Below, in pieces: positions 54,001 through 64,000 of a stretch of 64,000 nt of DNA. Source of the stretch: Lingula anatina (Eukaryota; Animalia; Brachiopoda). The stretch is from the NCBI GenBank assembly GCA_051362555.1, contig CM120642.1, positions 32,426,001-32,490,000 of the forward strand. The letters run 5' to 3'. Each line of letters opens with the position of its first letter. Within the stretch, counting starts at the first letter, position 1. The position numbers and the translations under genes are program-made. The notes under the pieces are model-generated. The model had not been told where the DNA came from, searched no databases, and was given only the letters and a program-made list of their open reading frames with translations.

Positions 54001-56306
54001 CTATTTTTTTCTGTCGGAAGACAGTCAAAAATGGAGGATGAATCAACAAAGATAATTTGGAAGACTGTCAGCAAATAACTCTGGATCCGCCCCTGTAAGC
54101 AGTACTGTTTTGATGGCATTCTCTTTCAAAATACATTTTATCAGTCTGCTACATACAGTTAGCCTTGTTTTGTTCAAGGTTTGCTATGGTACTACAGAGA
54201 ACAGCCCAGTGACACTCCAAAGCTTCATGGAGTCACCTTTTGAAAAGAGAGTGTCCTCAGTGGGAAAGGCTTCCGCTCATGTGGAGGTGAGAGACAAAGT
54301 TTTGGACAAAATTTACTTTAATAAATCAAAATGGCAAATATGGAACCTGCACTGTGCAGTTAAATAGTTAATAAAACTAATCATTAGTAAAACAGGGTGG
54401 AGTGAGCAGCAAGCATTATTTCAAACGTTTTGATATGAATACACTTAATCTGCCTTTTTGACGAAAAAAAGATTCCCTCGGAGAGAAAATTTGATCCAAC
54501 CTCATGGTCATTTCTCAAAGTAGATCCACAAACATAGTGAATTAAACAAAGTCTTCCTTTTCAGAAAAAAAAAACCTGTCTCAGAATTGCAAGTTTTAGG
54601 TCTGGCCTGGTTTAAAAACAGCAAAACATGGCATTTTCCTATACATATCCCAGCCACTTTAAAACTCCATCATAGCAACAAAACCAGTAATGAATACATC
54701 TGTATGTTTTAGCTCAAAGTGGTAAACAGCGAGGGTGACATTGTCCCTGTGAACACAGTGGGAGAGCTCTGTACAAGGGGGTATGCCACCATGTTAGGCT
54801 ACTGGGGTGATGAGGACAGAACAAGGGAGGTGGTCAAACCAGACGGATGGTATCACACTGGGTAATCCATTCTAGATTATGGCCCCATTCAGAATAGGGG
54901 ACTAACTAGTCCGAGGGTCAAATGTGGCCGACCCACTTGAATACTTCCCAATGCGATATATATTCAGTGACTATTAGCAGATTAGATAGCAAGCTTTGTG
55001 GTGGGTAGCCATATTTGACCCAGGGATGTTGTCCTGCTTTGCTTGCAACTTCTGTCATTGTAGCAGAACCTTTGATCAGTGCCGTCTACTTACAATGTAT
55101 TGTCCAAATTCTTCCATTAAAGCATAAAAAACACCAAAAATAATGTAACTCTAACCATAAAGTCAATTTATTCACCACAAAGAGAGTATAAATATTGAAT
55201 TAATGTTTGCATCAATGTCATTATTTTAGAGATTTGGCCTTTCTAGACGAGGAGGGCTATGGTCATATCACGGGGCGTCTGAAGGACATGGTCATACGAG
55301 GCGGAGAGAACATCTACCCTCTGGAGGTGGAGGAGTTTCTCTATACTTACCCTAAGATTGAGGACGTTCAGGTGAGTGGTTGAAGTACGTGCCAGTTAGC
55401 AGCAGTATTTACAACATGAAACATCACTAAAATAAAGTGTACCAGCAAATTTATCATATCATTTAAGGTACACTGGTGCATTTTGAAAATTATCTGGCCA
55501 CGTGTCTGCACATCCCCTTTAACTTTACCAGTGAAAAAGAAGTTGTCCAAACTGTTGACTATTACAAAATCATTTTCAAAGTTTTAAAGCAATACATATG
55601 CCACATATCCCCCTCATATAACAAGCATTAAGTCATATTAACGAAATGACTGTGTATTTAAGGTGATAGGAGTACCTGATGAGAGACTGGGGGAAGAGTT
55701 GTGTGCCTGGGTCAGGCTGCACAAAGGGGAAACTGCCACACAGGAAGAAATTAAAGAATTTTGTAAAGGAAAGGTAGGAGGGAAAAATAAAATGATTTTT
55801 GTAACATATGTACATTGGTCATAAAAAGGAGTTATTTCAATTGCAATTTTGTGAGGTTAACAGAAAATTTTCTTGGAACCTACCAATTTTGAAATGTGTG
55901 ACATAAATAGCAATCTCCTTGGAACGTGCGCCAAGTTTGTGAGAAGTGACACTTTTTTGAGATGTTCAAATCTTCGTGGCACTATCAAGTTTTTTTCCTA
56001 CATTTTGTGATGAAATTTAGTAAATTTTTCTTCAAAGGCTGAGAAGAAGCATTTGTTTTATCAATAAATGTCTAAATCCACAGCATATATATATATATAT
56101 ATATATTTAAAATTGATATATTAGTATAGTACACGTATGAAATCCGACTTTTCAATAATTTTTTCCAGATATCTCATTTTAAGATACCAAAGTACATCAT
56201 GTTTGTGGACAGTTTTCCTCTGACAGTGACAGGCAAAGTTCAGAAGTTCAAGATGCGTGAACAGAGCACAAAAGAGCTGCATCTGGACCATGTGATACCC
56301 CACTAG
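38534..56306 (+). CDS. ACSF2: Medium-chain acyl-CoA ligase ACSF2, mitochondrial (ANL adenylate-forming enzyme)
   Basis: Exons 38534-38628 (Arg-rich presequence [29 protein letters not shown]), 39622-39802, 40013-40141 ([10 protein letters not shown]), 40706-40759 (VNINPAYQ), 48138-48256, 48562-48609, 49431-49548 (INIQFTS), 50135-50230 ([20 protein letters not shown]), 50678-50826 (PPLYHCFG), 51314-51405 (YGTPTMF), 52315-52391 or 52898-52974 (alternative), 54179-54286 (YGTTENSP), 54713-54861 ([13 protein letters not shown]), 55230-55371 ([18 protein letters not shown]), 55663-55773, 56169-56306 ([14 protein letters not shown]). Confidence 0.95.
39290..39643 (+). repeat. Exact 177-bp tandem duplication spanning ACSF2 exon 2 acceptor
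   Basis: 39290-39466 equals 39467-39643; acceptor TTTTCAG|TGTCCATGAAAAAACAGGAAAG ends at both 39444 and 39621. Confidence 0.95.
40808..40977. mobile_element. MITE, TIR CAGGGGCGGA, copy 1
   Basis: CAGGGGCGGA...TCTGCCCCTG; flanks CTACT/TTACT; colinear with 53928-54095. Confidence 0.8.
41534..41715 (-). pseudogene. Relic/duplicated copies of the CARD C-terminal half directly behind the Roco stop codon
   Basis: 41588-41715 translates [42 protein letters not shown], aligning without gaps to [38 protein letters not shown]. It is followed by a 54-bp re-duplication, [17 protein letters not shown] (41534-41587). Confidence 0.75.
41719..45808 (-). CDS. MFHAS1/MASL1-like Roco protein (LRR-Roc GTPase-COR) with C-terminal CARD-like death-fold domain, nested antisense in ACSF2 intron 4
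   Basis: Exon 42925-45808: about 11 LRRs of 23 aa; Roc P-loop [10 protein letters not shown]3 DFGGH, G4 GTHLD, G5 VSSK; COR ending CPHC..FPGEIL..LVYPPS like MFHAS1. Donor GATG|GTAAG at 42924 splices in phase 1 to exon 41719-41987 ([73 protein letters not shown]), which has a CARD-like pattern. About 1050 aa in total. Confidence 0.9.
45040..45530 (-). repeat. Coding tandem repeat: 138-bp (46-aa, two-LRR) units, about 4 copies
   Basis: The anchor GTCAGATA(A/G)CT or its variant recurs at ~45047, 45185, 45323 and 45461 (period 138); peptide unit [46 protein letters not shown]. Confidence 0.9.
48722..48894. mobile_element. MITE-like element embedded in (TA)n
   Basis: Inverted ends CTGGGGTAGCGCTAACA / TGCTGGCGCAACCCCAG; flanked by TA-dinucleotide runs, (TA)n 48895-48950. 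Confidence 0.6.
50951..51003. repeat. (TG)n microsatellite
   Basis: Direct inspection. Confidence 0.95.
51525..51818. mobile_element. Degenerate Harbinger-like MITE related to the 60600 element
   Basis: Starts GGCCCCATTGAGAAT with imperfect inverted arms; shares TCTCTC..GTCGTCC..GTAATTAAATC blocks with 60600-60745. A truncated relative lies at ~58119-58263. Confidence 0.65.
51940..52078. repeat. Imperfect ~140-bp palindrome with (TA)n loop
   Basis: TCTGCCTAATTAATGACCACAAATG..AAATGGTTGAGAAATCAGTT-(TA)n-AACTGATTTCCCAACCATTT..CATTTGTGGCCGTTAATTAGACAGA. Confidence 0.75.
52315..52391 (+). CDS. ACSF2: ACSF2 alternative exon 11a (77 nt): [26 protein letters not shown]
   Basis: TTAG acceptor, ACA|GTAAGT donor, phase 1 in and phase 0 out; carries the ACSF2-typical GIMAGSPCP motif. 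Confidence 0.9.
52433..52666. mobile_element. Harbinger-like MITE between ACSF2 exons 11a and 11b
   Basis: GGTTCCCAGAACC..GGATCGATCCATC / GATAGATCGATCC..ATGGGAATGGTCCC; reverse-complement similarity to 22952-23208. Confidence 0.7.
52898..52974 (+). CDS. ACSF2: ACSF2 alternative exon 11b (77 nt): [26 protein letters not shown]
   Basis: TACAG acceptor, ACA|GTAAGT donor; same length and phases as 11a; open frame with a gap-free paralogous peptide. Confidence 0.8.
53434..53703. repeat. 54-bp tandem repeat, 5 near-identical copies
   Basis: Unit TTAAATTCTGTTAGATGTTCTTCCTAATATTAAGGATAAGGATGCTTCACAGGA. Confidence 0.95.
53928..54095. mobile_element. MITE, TIR CAGGGGCGGAT, copy 2, exact 5-bp TSD TAAGC
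   Basis: TAAGC|CAGGGGCGGAT...ATCCGCCCCTG|TAAGC. Confidence 0.82.
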
Positions 56307-58750
56307 GACAGCATTTCAGCAGTTTGTAAAAAGACATTATCACATATTATCAGTTCACGGCTGGAGAACTAGACAGGTTCAGGGATTGAAATGAAGGTTA
56401 TAAAAATACAGAAAAATGTTGCATTATATATTATTTTTATATTATATTTTTGATAACAGTAAGAGTAGGATGGGGCATTTTGTACCATTATGCATTTATT
56501 CAAGGTAAACTAGTAGCATTTTTAGCTAAATCAAGAGATTAGGACTTGTTTGTTTTCATGGTATTCATTATCCAAGTGCAAACTACGTGTAAAGATATCA
56601 TTACTCATTTAATATTCTTAAACCTAAAAATGTTATAAATATGTTTTTAGGCCTAAAAATGTTATTAATATATGTTTTAACACAGCATTGTTTATCCGGT
56701 CTGCATGTACTTTACAACAGCATTAACAGATCATGATTTATGAAGGGTTGCCCAGCAGCGATTTTTTTGTTTCTAAACAAAGAAAGTTTTGGTACAAGTA
56801 CCATATATATGCTTTTTTTGGGATACATTTTGTGCCCATAACAAATGTGGGACAAAAAATGAGTGCAATGAAACCAACAAGAAAATACAGTAGGCTGAAG
56901 AAAAGATTTATGAATGCTGTCAAAGAAAAGAAAAAGAGTAGAGGACCATATGCAAGACCTGCGTGGGTGGAGGTGTTTAACTTGCTATGGCGCTATATAT
57001 GCCTGTTAAACTCTTCAAATTGATACAAAGTGACAAATCAGCTTAACTACATTATTTAGCAGACAAAGTGTAATTTTATGTAGTTCTACCTTATACTGAC
57101 AAAGGAAGTGGAATAAAGGTGGGTTTTGAAAAGTAAATTATTGAAGATGTTTTACAAACAAGAGCAATAACAAATTCAAAAGAAACAGAAACCGATTGTG
57201 ACACGGTAGTTTGGGACATTTTCCCCTTGACAATACCTTCCAGCAATTGAAACAATATTGATATACATTATTCTCAGTGGTGGCTATGAACGTTGGACTA
57301 AATGGAAAAAAAGTTATTTGGTTATATGCTTGGGAGAGTCTTAGAGACCACATGAGTAATCGGATCGACTTAATTGCAATCAATGACAGATTAAAGGACA
57401 TTAATCGACGTAAATATGAACCCAGGAACAGATTGTGAAAGTGACTGTTATGTAGCACATAGTACTATACTGTGTCGACCAGTCATGTACAGCGTCGCCC
57501 CCTATGGTGAATAAAGTTTACCTCAAGACATGTCAGTGATCATGTGCTGGCACGTACACTAGCTTTATTTCAGTGCAAACTAAAGAAAGGATGTCCAGTC
57601 AAAACCATTAAGTTTGCGTGGTTCTGTATTCTTAAATGTGCACATGGTCTGTCCCCTCTCAAACTTCTTCACATGACGTGCACATTTAAGTATGTTAAGT
57701 GCCTCTGTGTATACAGCACGTATCCTGATGCCTCTTTGTGTGCAGATTTCTTTGAAGTTGATGCTCTTTGTGTGTGTGCCCGGATGATTTTTTACATCCA
57801 CATCTTCCACATTTCACTTCTTCACTCATGGCAGTTTCCCTCAATTTCTGATGTAGCTGTCATATGTTACATGCATAAGCGTGTGATAAAATGTGCCAGA
57901 CCTATGTCTCAATCAATCTGAAAGAATAAAAATAACAGTTGGATACATAAATATCAACTCACTGCATAGCCCTCATTGGCCTAAAAGAGCGGTTATTTTG
58001 GGTTTTAAATATGTTATGTGACAAGCACTGGTCATTATAATATTACAGTTGAAAAACTAAGCTGAAACAGGCTAATGCAAAAAACAACTTCTCACTGCTT
58101 GATATAGTCTAACAAAGAGACCATTCAGAATGAGAAGTGCCGAATGCTAGCTGGTCCACAGCCTAAATATGGAGGACCTACATGAAAGGAAGACCGCTTA
58201 ATCCTGTAATTGTCTCTCCGTCTCTCACACACCTCGTCCTTACAGGGGCACAGTAATTAAATCTTGTCTCAATTCAACCGGTTAAGGGACAATGCCATTG
58301 TTGGTCATTGTGGGACCCCACATTTGCAATTGAACTCTTTTAAAATTGGTTCACACGCCAGTTTGAGAAAGTCCCTAGTATTTAGCAGCAGTGCTACCAC
58401 TTCTACATATTCACGCCATTTAAACGCATACATGTATTTGTACAGTAGCCTCAAGTGTTTCTGAAGCAGGGTGTTATAAGACCTCATTTTACTCTACGTA
58501 ATCTGTGTAGAACGTTATTGTAAGGACTAACTTGGATCAAATATAAATGTTTTGGAACAATATATGGAGGAAAGAATGACGCCAATTCATAATGATAATA
58601 TATATACCTTTTCTTATTCAAAGCTAGCCTTCATGTGAAAAAAATAATACTGGACACTGTCCTCTTCTTAACCTAAAAGTAATAAAACAGAATTTAGCAT
58701 ATCATTAATTACTGAACATACGATTTGACAGCTTGTGAACGTGTTTCAAC

Positions 58751-59685
58751 CACGCTCGGCTGTCACCTTGATTGGATAGTAAACGATTGTCGTAAAATCG
58801 CTAAATGATATTAAAATCGGGTACATAAACTTAAAAACCACCTAGGACAACCTAAGACTGCCACATTAATCCAATACAATGCAAAAATAAACTATAACAA
58901 GTGGTTAAAGCCTTCAAACCGAATGTCGTAAAGTCCCCATATACCTCCATAGAGACAATAAAATAGAATGAGCTTCTGAAACAAACCTGATCCAGTTCCA
59001 ACAGAATAATCGAAATAAAATACTGCCGGGCATCGGAGCGGCCTAAAACTTGGCACGTTTACCGCTAATACTGCAGGCTACATCATCCTGTCGCTCGTTT
59101 GTAAATTCCGTGCATGGCATACGCACAATCAAACCGTAAAGCCAAATATCACCAAATATCACCCCTGATGTTTATCTTGGTCCTCTCAACAATCCAATTC
59201 AGGAAATGACGTAACCGCAGAGGTCGCATTGTCCAATGGCATGGCTTCTTTTTCGTAATGGTAGGTTAGAGTGGACCAACTTAAACATCAGAGGTGGAAT
59301 TTTGATTTAAGGTTTGATTGTGCACGGAACTTACAAACGAGCGACGGGATGATGTAGCCTGCAGTATTAGCGGTAAGCGTGCCAAGTTTTAGGCCGCTCC
59401 GATGCCCGGCAGTATTTTATTTCGATTATTCTGTTGGAACTGGATCAGGTTTGTTTTTAGAAGCTCATTCTATTTTATTGTCTCTATGGAGGTATATGGG
59501 GACTTTACGACATTCGGTTTGAAGGCTTTAACCACTTGTTATAGTTTATTTTTGCATTGTATTTGATTAATGTGGCAGTCTTAGGTTGTCCTAGGTGGTT
59601 TTTAAGTTTATGTACCCGATTTTAATATCATTTAGCGATTTTACGACAATCGTTTACTATCCAATCAAGGTGACACCCGAGCGTG
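58751..59685. mobile_element. Foldback-type TIR element, 935 bp, ~370-390-bp near-perfect inverted arms, 8-bp TSD
   Basis: The left arm CACGCTCGGCTGTCACCTTGATTGGATAG... is the reverse complement of the right arm ...CTATCCAATCAAGGTGACACCCGAGCGTG. Direct repeat GTTTCAAC at 58743-58750 and 59686-59693. Confidence 0.88.
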
Positions 59686-59899
59686 GTTTCAACGTCTGAG
59701 TGACAAAAAATTCAGAAAGTAGAACAATCCACTACTAGCACCGAACCACGTACGTGCGACAATAAAGACATCAGGATTACAATTAAGTGCACAATAAATG
59801 GAGAAACAAAAAAAAACTAAGAGGATGAAAGATTGTTAAGCGATACAAGTGTTCCCACTAAACTATACTACCTGAAAATGCATACATTGAGCACAAAGC

Positions 59900-60070
59900 A
59901 ACATCGCAGTGAACGCTGCACACCCTCTGCAGGTCAACCAATGTGTCAAGAAAAGCGGAAGTTAATATATATAGTTCCTCGAAAACGAGGCAATATGGCC
60001 GACTTAAGAAATTGGAAGTCCTCCTTAGGTGCTTGTGTTATGGTTTTATACTGATTGCAGCAAAACGGTG
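59900..60070 (+). promoter_or_regulatory. Probable PLEKHJ1 promoter / non-coding first exon
   Basis: CpG-enriched; ETS-like GCGGAAGT (~59955); YY1-like AATATGGCCG (~59992); donor AACG|GTGAG at ~60068. Confidence 0.45.
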
Positions 60071-60599
60071 AGCCCTAGTATTTTAAGATTTATCGAGATA
60101 ATTGTAACTATATCCTGTCTTTTTATAGCAATATACATATAACAGCAATATCATTTCAAATTATTTGTAGTGTAGATTATTTTACGTCTTGAGACGTCTG
60201 ATTTCCTTCCTACCCATCCCATCGCAAATATGCTGTTAACGATGATACATATCTTCGTATCCAATGAAAGTATATGACTGGTTTTATTTGCTGCAAGTAG
60301 AGTTACTTTTCCCATTGAATTTAATATTGTCGGCCATAATATATAATCCGTAAAGACGGTCAATGCAATTTATATGCATAAGATATATGAATCACAACTG
60401 ACTTGGAATCTGAGCACTTGCTATGCTTGGAATGCTATTGGCACCAAACTGTTTCCCTTTGCACATAATCTAATATATTGTTAAAAAAATATGCCAGAAC
60501 ATGTCCTGGTGTGTTGAAGCCCTTGTAAGAGTTACCTCAGTGTGTGACAGGCAGACTTGCATTAATAATTAATGGCATGGAGTAATACTGCCAGTGTAA

Positions 60600-61134
60600 G
60601 AGCGCATTCTCAACGAATTAAGCCAGGCTTTACAAAGCCGGTGACCTAAAAATGGCAGACGTACATGAAAGAAAAACCGCCTAATCTTTTAATAGTCTCT
60701 CCGCCTCCCCACACGTCGTCCCTGCGGGGTACAGTAATTAAATCGCGTCTCCGTTCGCCATGCGGAAGCTACCTGAGAAATATTAAGTGCGCATGCTCAT
60801 CAGTTAAACTCGTGGTGAAGAAAGCATGGCGGCTGAAGGCGATCAAAGGAAAAAAGCTCTTCTGTTCTATTATCTTTGAAAACAGAGACGAAAAAGGAAT
60901 AATTTGGCCCGTAGAGCAGCAATGAATCGACTATCTACGGAGATAATATCACCAGAGATATTCACGGAGATATTCATGTTCGGAGCCGAGATTTAATTAC
61001 TGTACCCCGCCGGGACGACGTGTGGGGAGGCGGAGAGACTATTAAAAGATTAGGCGGTTTTTCTTTCATGTACGTCCGCCATTTTTAGGTCACCGGCTTT
61101 GTAAAGCCTGGCTTAATTCGTTGAGAATGCGCTC
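60600..61134. mobile_element. PIF/Harbinger-type MITE with ~145-bp TIRs and TAA TSD
   Basis: GAGCGCATTCTCAACGAATTAAGCC... / ...GGCTTAATTCGTTGAGAATGCGCTC; TAA at 60597-60599 and 61135-61137. Confidence 0.85.
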
Positions 61135-61914
61135 TAATACAATATTCTTCAACGGGTGTATGGTTTCACAGAGGCATAACTAATAAACTGGTACTTGAGC
61201 AGATTTACCTTATCCACAGTACTGTTGATGGCAATAGTTGTTGACTTTAAAATGGTGTTTGACTTGAGGTTGTGAGAGGTAAGCTAAAGAATTGATAGGT
61301 CCTGACTTACAGCTGACTAAATATTGCTGGCTGTCATTTTACATTTATGTGTACCTTGCATGCATCTTTCATGCATTAGCACATATATACGTAGGAGATA
61401 TTAGAAACTGAAAAAGGAATGCTAAGATATGAAACTGTGCTATGCCTTACACTGAGGCAGTTGAAAGTGACCAGTATACAGATAGTTTCATCATTCATAT
61501 TTTGACGGTACAATTTTTTTATTTTTTATTTTAGATAACCTCACGTCTGTTAAAAGTACAAAGGCGAGGACTGTTCCACCATGTAGCGCTGCAGTCTCTA
61601 TGGTAATGGGGCTGTTAGCCTATACTTGAGTCACAGTTGGGTCCAGTGTCACATACTTACAAGCCCTTATATATCCGCAACCTTATACCTGGGTCTCAGA
61701 GCCACACCAGAGCTTGGTGGGTGCATACTTAACATTCATACATGTGGGCCATTTTCTATTGCCAGCGTCCACTTCCTTTCCATCCCCTGGTATCTAACAA
61801 GCTCCTAGTAGACCAGATGAAACTACAGCAGCTTGGTCTTGTCTTGTGTTGAGCACTGTTTGCATCAAGTGTTTCCTAGCTTGGTTTGTGGTGCCCTCTA
61901 TATAGGGTGTCACC

Positions 61915-63488
61915 ATGAGGTTCAATGCTAAGGAGATGGCAGCACTGGCCAAGGAACCCAAGGACAAGTTTGACCAAGAGGGGGTCCTATGGGTGAAAGA
62001 AAAACAGGAAGGATTATTCCGAAAAGGGGAAGGTAGGATTTTTGTCTCTAATTAGATTTGAAGAGTTGTAGATTAAATATAGATCTGATTTCTATCTGAA
62101 TGCCTGTTGGAAATTTGTTTATCAGAAGGGTTATGTAACTTTAAAGGAGTTGGACTATGTACTGTAACAATAAATTACCAAAATACAGTACACAGTTTTA
62201 AACTTGAAAGCACAGCTTAATTTCAAAAATTGTTGCGGTTTGTGAAATTAAAAGAAAATATGTCTCTAGTTTCTTAGAAGTTTCACTTTCAAAACTTGAC
62301 CTCTCAAGGTATGAATATATAACTAAAGACCATCAGATTATAAAATTATGATTTCTGAATGAGACACAGCTTATTTCATTCCATGTGCAAATTTTATGCA
62401 CAATTTCCCTCAAGATTAAATGCCATCTTATAACATACATTGTTTTTTGCAGTTTATGTGCAGAGATGGTGCCGACTGCGTGGAAATGTCCTGTTTTACT
62501 TCAAATCTAAAGAGCCAGTGAGTATTGATATATGGAGGCTTTGAAATAACTGTAATTGTATAGTCTGAATAGCAAACATGTTAATAGAAATCTTTTGTTC
62601 TCAAAAAGATATTTATTATAGATATACATTATAGATATTTATCAGAGGCATTATTTCTTATTTAAGTTGCTTTTTTCTTCCTGCAGACATCAGAACCTTA
62701 TGGTGCAATTATTCTTGAGAGATGTACAGTTGAACTAGATCTCAAGGAAGAAATGCAGTTCTCTTTCCAAATTGGTAAGTCAGTATAAAAGTGCTCACTT
62801 TACACGTTGGTTTATTAGTTTCTTTTGATCAGCCTTCCATCTAATTTACATTTACTAATACTTCCAAGGCAGTTAGAAAATTGCAGCTAATTTGATTTTG
62901 AGTTTGACTAAATTGATCATAATGGTAGTGCCAAAGCTATTGAAAATGAATTGACTTTCTGACCTCTTCTAACCAGTGTTAGAAATTAAGGCTGGACCGT
63001 CTGCCCGGGGCAGACAACTTTCAGAACAGGCAGAGAAGTTTTCCCACCCGGCAGGCATTCTGGCCAGCTAATTTCCAAGATGGCTGAGCTTTCAGTCCAG
63101 CAACTTATTTTCCTAAGAGGCAAACACTGCTTCTAACAGTGCCTCTGAAACCTCTTACCCACTACCACCAACCATTCAACTTTTACGTCACAATTTTCTC
63201 TTTTGATGCTCTTTAAGCATTTTGTTTGTTTCTGCATCTCTCTAATATATTTACTTGATGCCTTGTTATTTTTTTCTTGCACAGTGTTTGAGGGTGATGA
63301 CAGAGTCCAGTTTTTTGCTGCCCGTACAGAAGAAGAGCGAGATGCGTGGATTGAAGTCCTCCACATAGCCAGCTATGAGTGTCTCAAGATGCAGTTGGAG
63401 AGTCTCCGTGAGCAGATCAGGAATAAAACTGGGAAGGATCCCATTGATGACCCCGACCCCACAGTACTAGAGGATAACACAGAAACAG
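61915..63488 (+). CDS. PLEKHJ1: Pleckstrin homology domain-containing family J member 1-like, 5' part; probably continues beyond right edge
   Basis: Exons 61915-62032 (MRFNAKEMAALAKEPKDKFDQEGVLWVKEKQEGLFRKGE), 62453-62517 (VYVQRWCRLRGNVLFYFKSKEP), 62687-62774 (TSEPYGAIILERCTVE..FSFQI), 63285-63488 (VFEGDDRVQFFAARTEEERDAWIEVLHIASYECLKMQLESLREQIRNKTGKDP). The MR(F/Y)NxKE start and the ASYE..TGKDP tail match PLEKHJ1. Confidence 0.88.
62974..63129. mobile_element. hAT-type MITE with exact 8-bp TSD
   Basis: CTTCTAAC|CAGTGTT ... AACACTG|CTTCTAAC. Confidence 0.8.
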
Positions 63489-64000
63489 GTAGGACAAATC
63501 AGTACTCTTCTTTTGGTTTTAAATTTTTTTCTTAATTGATGAAGAGATGCCCCTGGCACACAGTGAAGTCTACCTTTGATGCATCTGCATCATAAATTAC
63601 AGGGCTCACCCAAGCCAAAAGGCTGTGTGTGGGGACTGTCTATGAAATTGAAAGCTTTTTTTCAAGTGCATCACATATTTTGATTTGGCTTTGTAAAATG
63701 TAATTTAATTTTTTTAAAGCCGGATTTGTAGTTATCTATATTAGAATTTATTTTGACTTAATATTATCTAGCTATTTGCCATTTGGACTTTGACCTCAGT
63801 GAGCCCAATTAATGATGATGGATTTGACAAAACACAAAATTTGAGACAAACATTTATCTATAAGAGGTGCATTTGTGCTACTTTTGTGTATTATTGATTG
63901 ACTGATAGTTTGACCAAATATCTTCATTCATATGGTAAACTAATAATAAGGTTTTGTTTATGGTTAGTTACTACTGAAATACAAAAAGGAAAAAAAAAAA

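Overview
AT-rich, intron-rich animal genomic DNA (an invertebrate is likely; the taxon cannot be fixed from sequence alone). Exons were reconstructed by hand from GT-AG sites and reading phase. The window holds six protein-coding genes: (1) the 5' half of a Tec/Btk-family tyrosine kinase (PH, BTK zinc motif, start of SH3; minus strand, running off the left edge); (2) FAXDC2 (+); (3) MED7 (-); (4) mitochondrial acyl-CoA synthetase ACSF2 (+, 16 exon positions); (5) an MFHAS1-like Roco gene (LRR-Roc-COR) with an extra C-terminal CARD-like exon, nested antisense in ACSF2 intron 4; (6) the 5' part of PLEKHJ1 (+). Highlights: the nested LRR-Roc-COR-CARD gene, with 138-bp tandem LRR units and relic duplicated CARD halves behind its stop codon; a pair of 77-nt paralogous, apparently mutually exclusive exons in the ACSF2 active-site region; an exact 177-bp duplication of an ACSF2 splice acceptor; Tec-FAXDC2-MED7 linkage resembling human 5q33; a 2.6-kb TA-flanked TIR element carrying a CpG-rich higher-order satellite; a 935-bp foldback element; and several MITE families, including a CAGG...CTG group with 5-bp TSDs. 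No rRNA, tRNA or CRISPR array was recognised.
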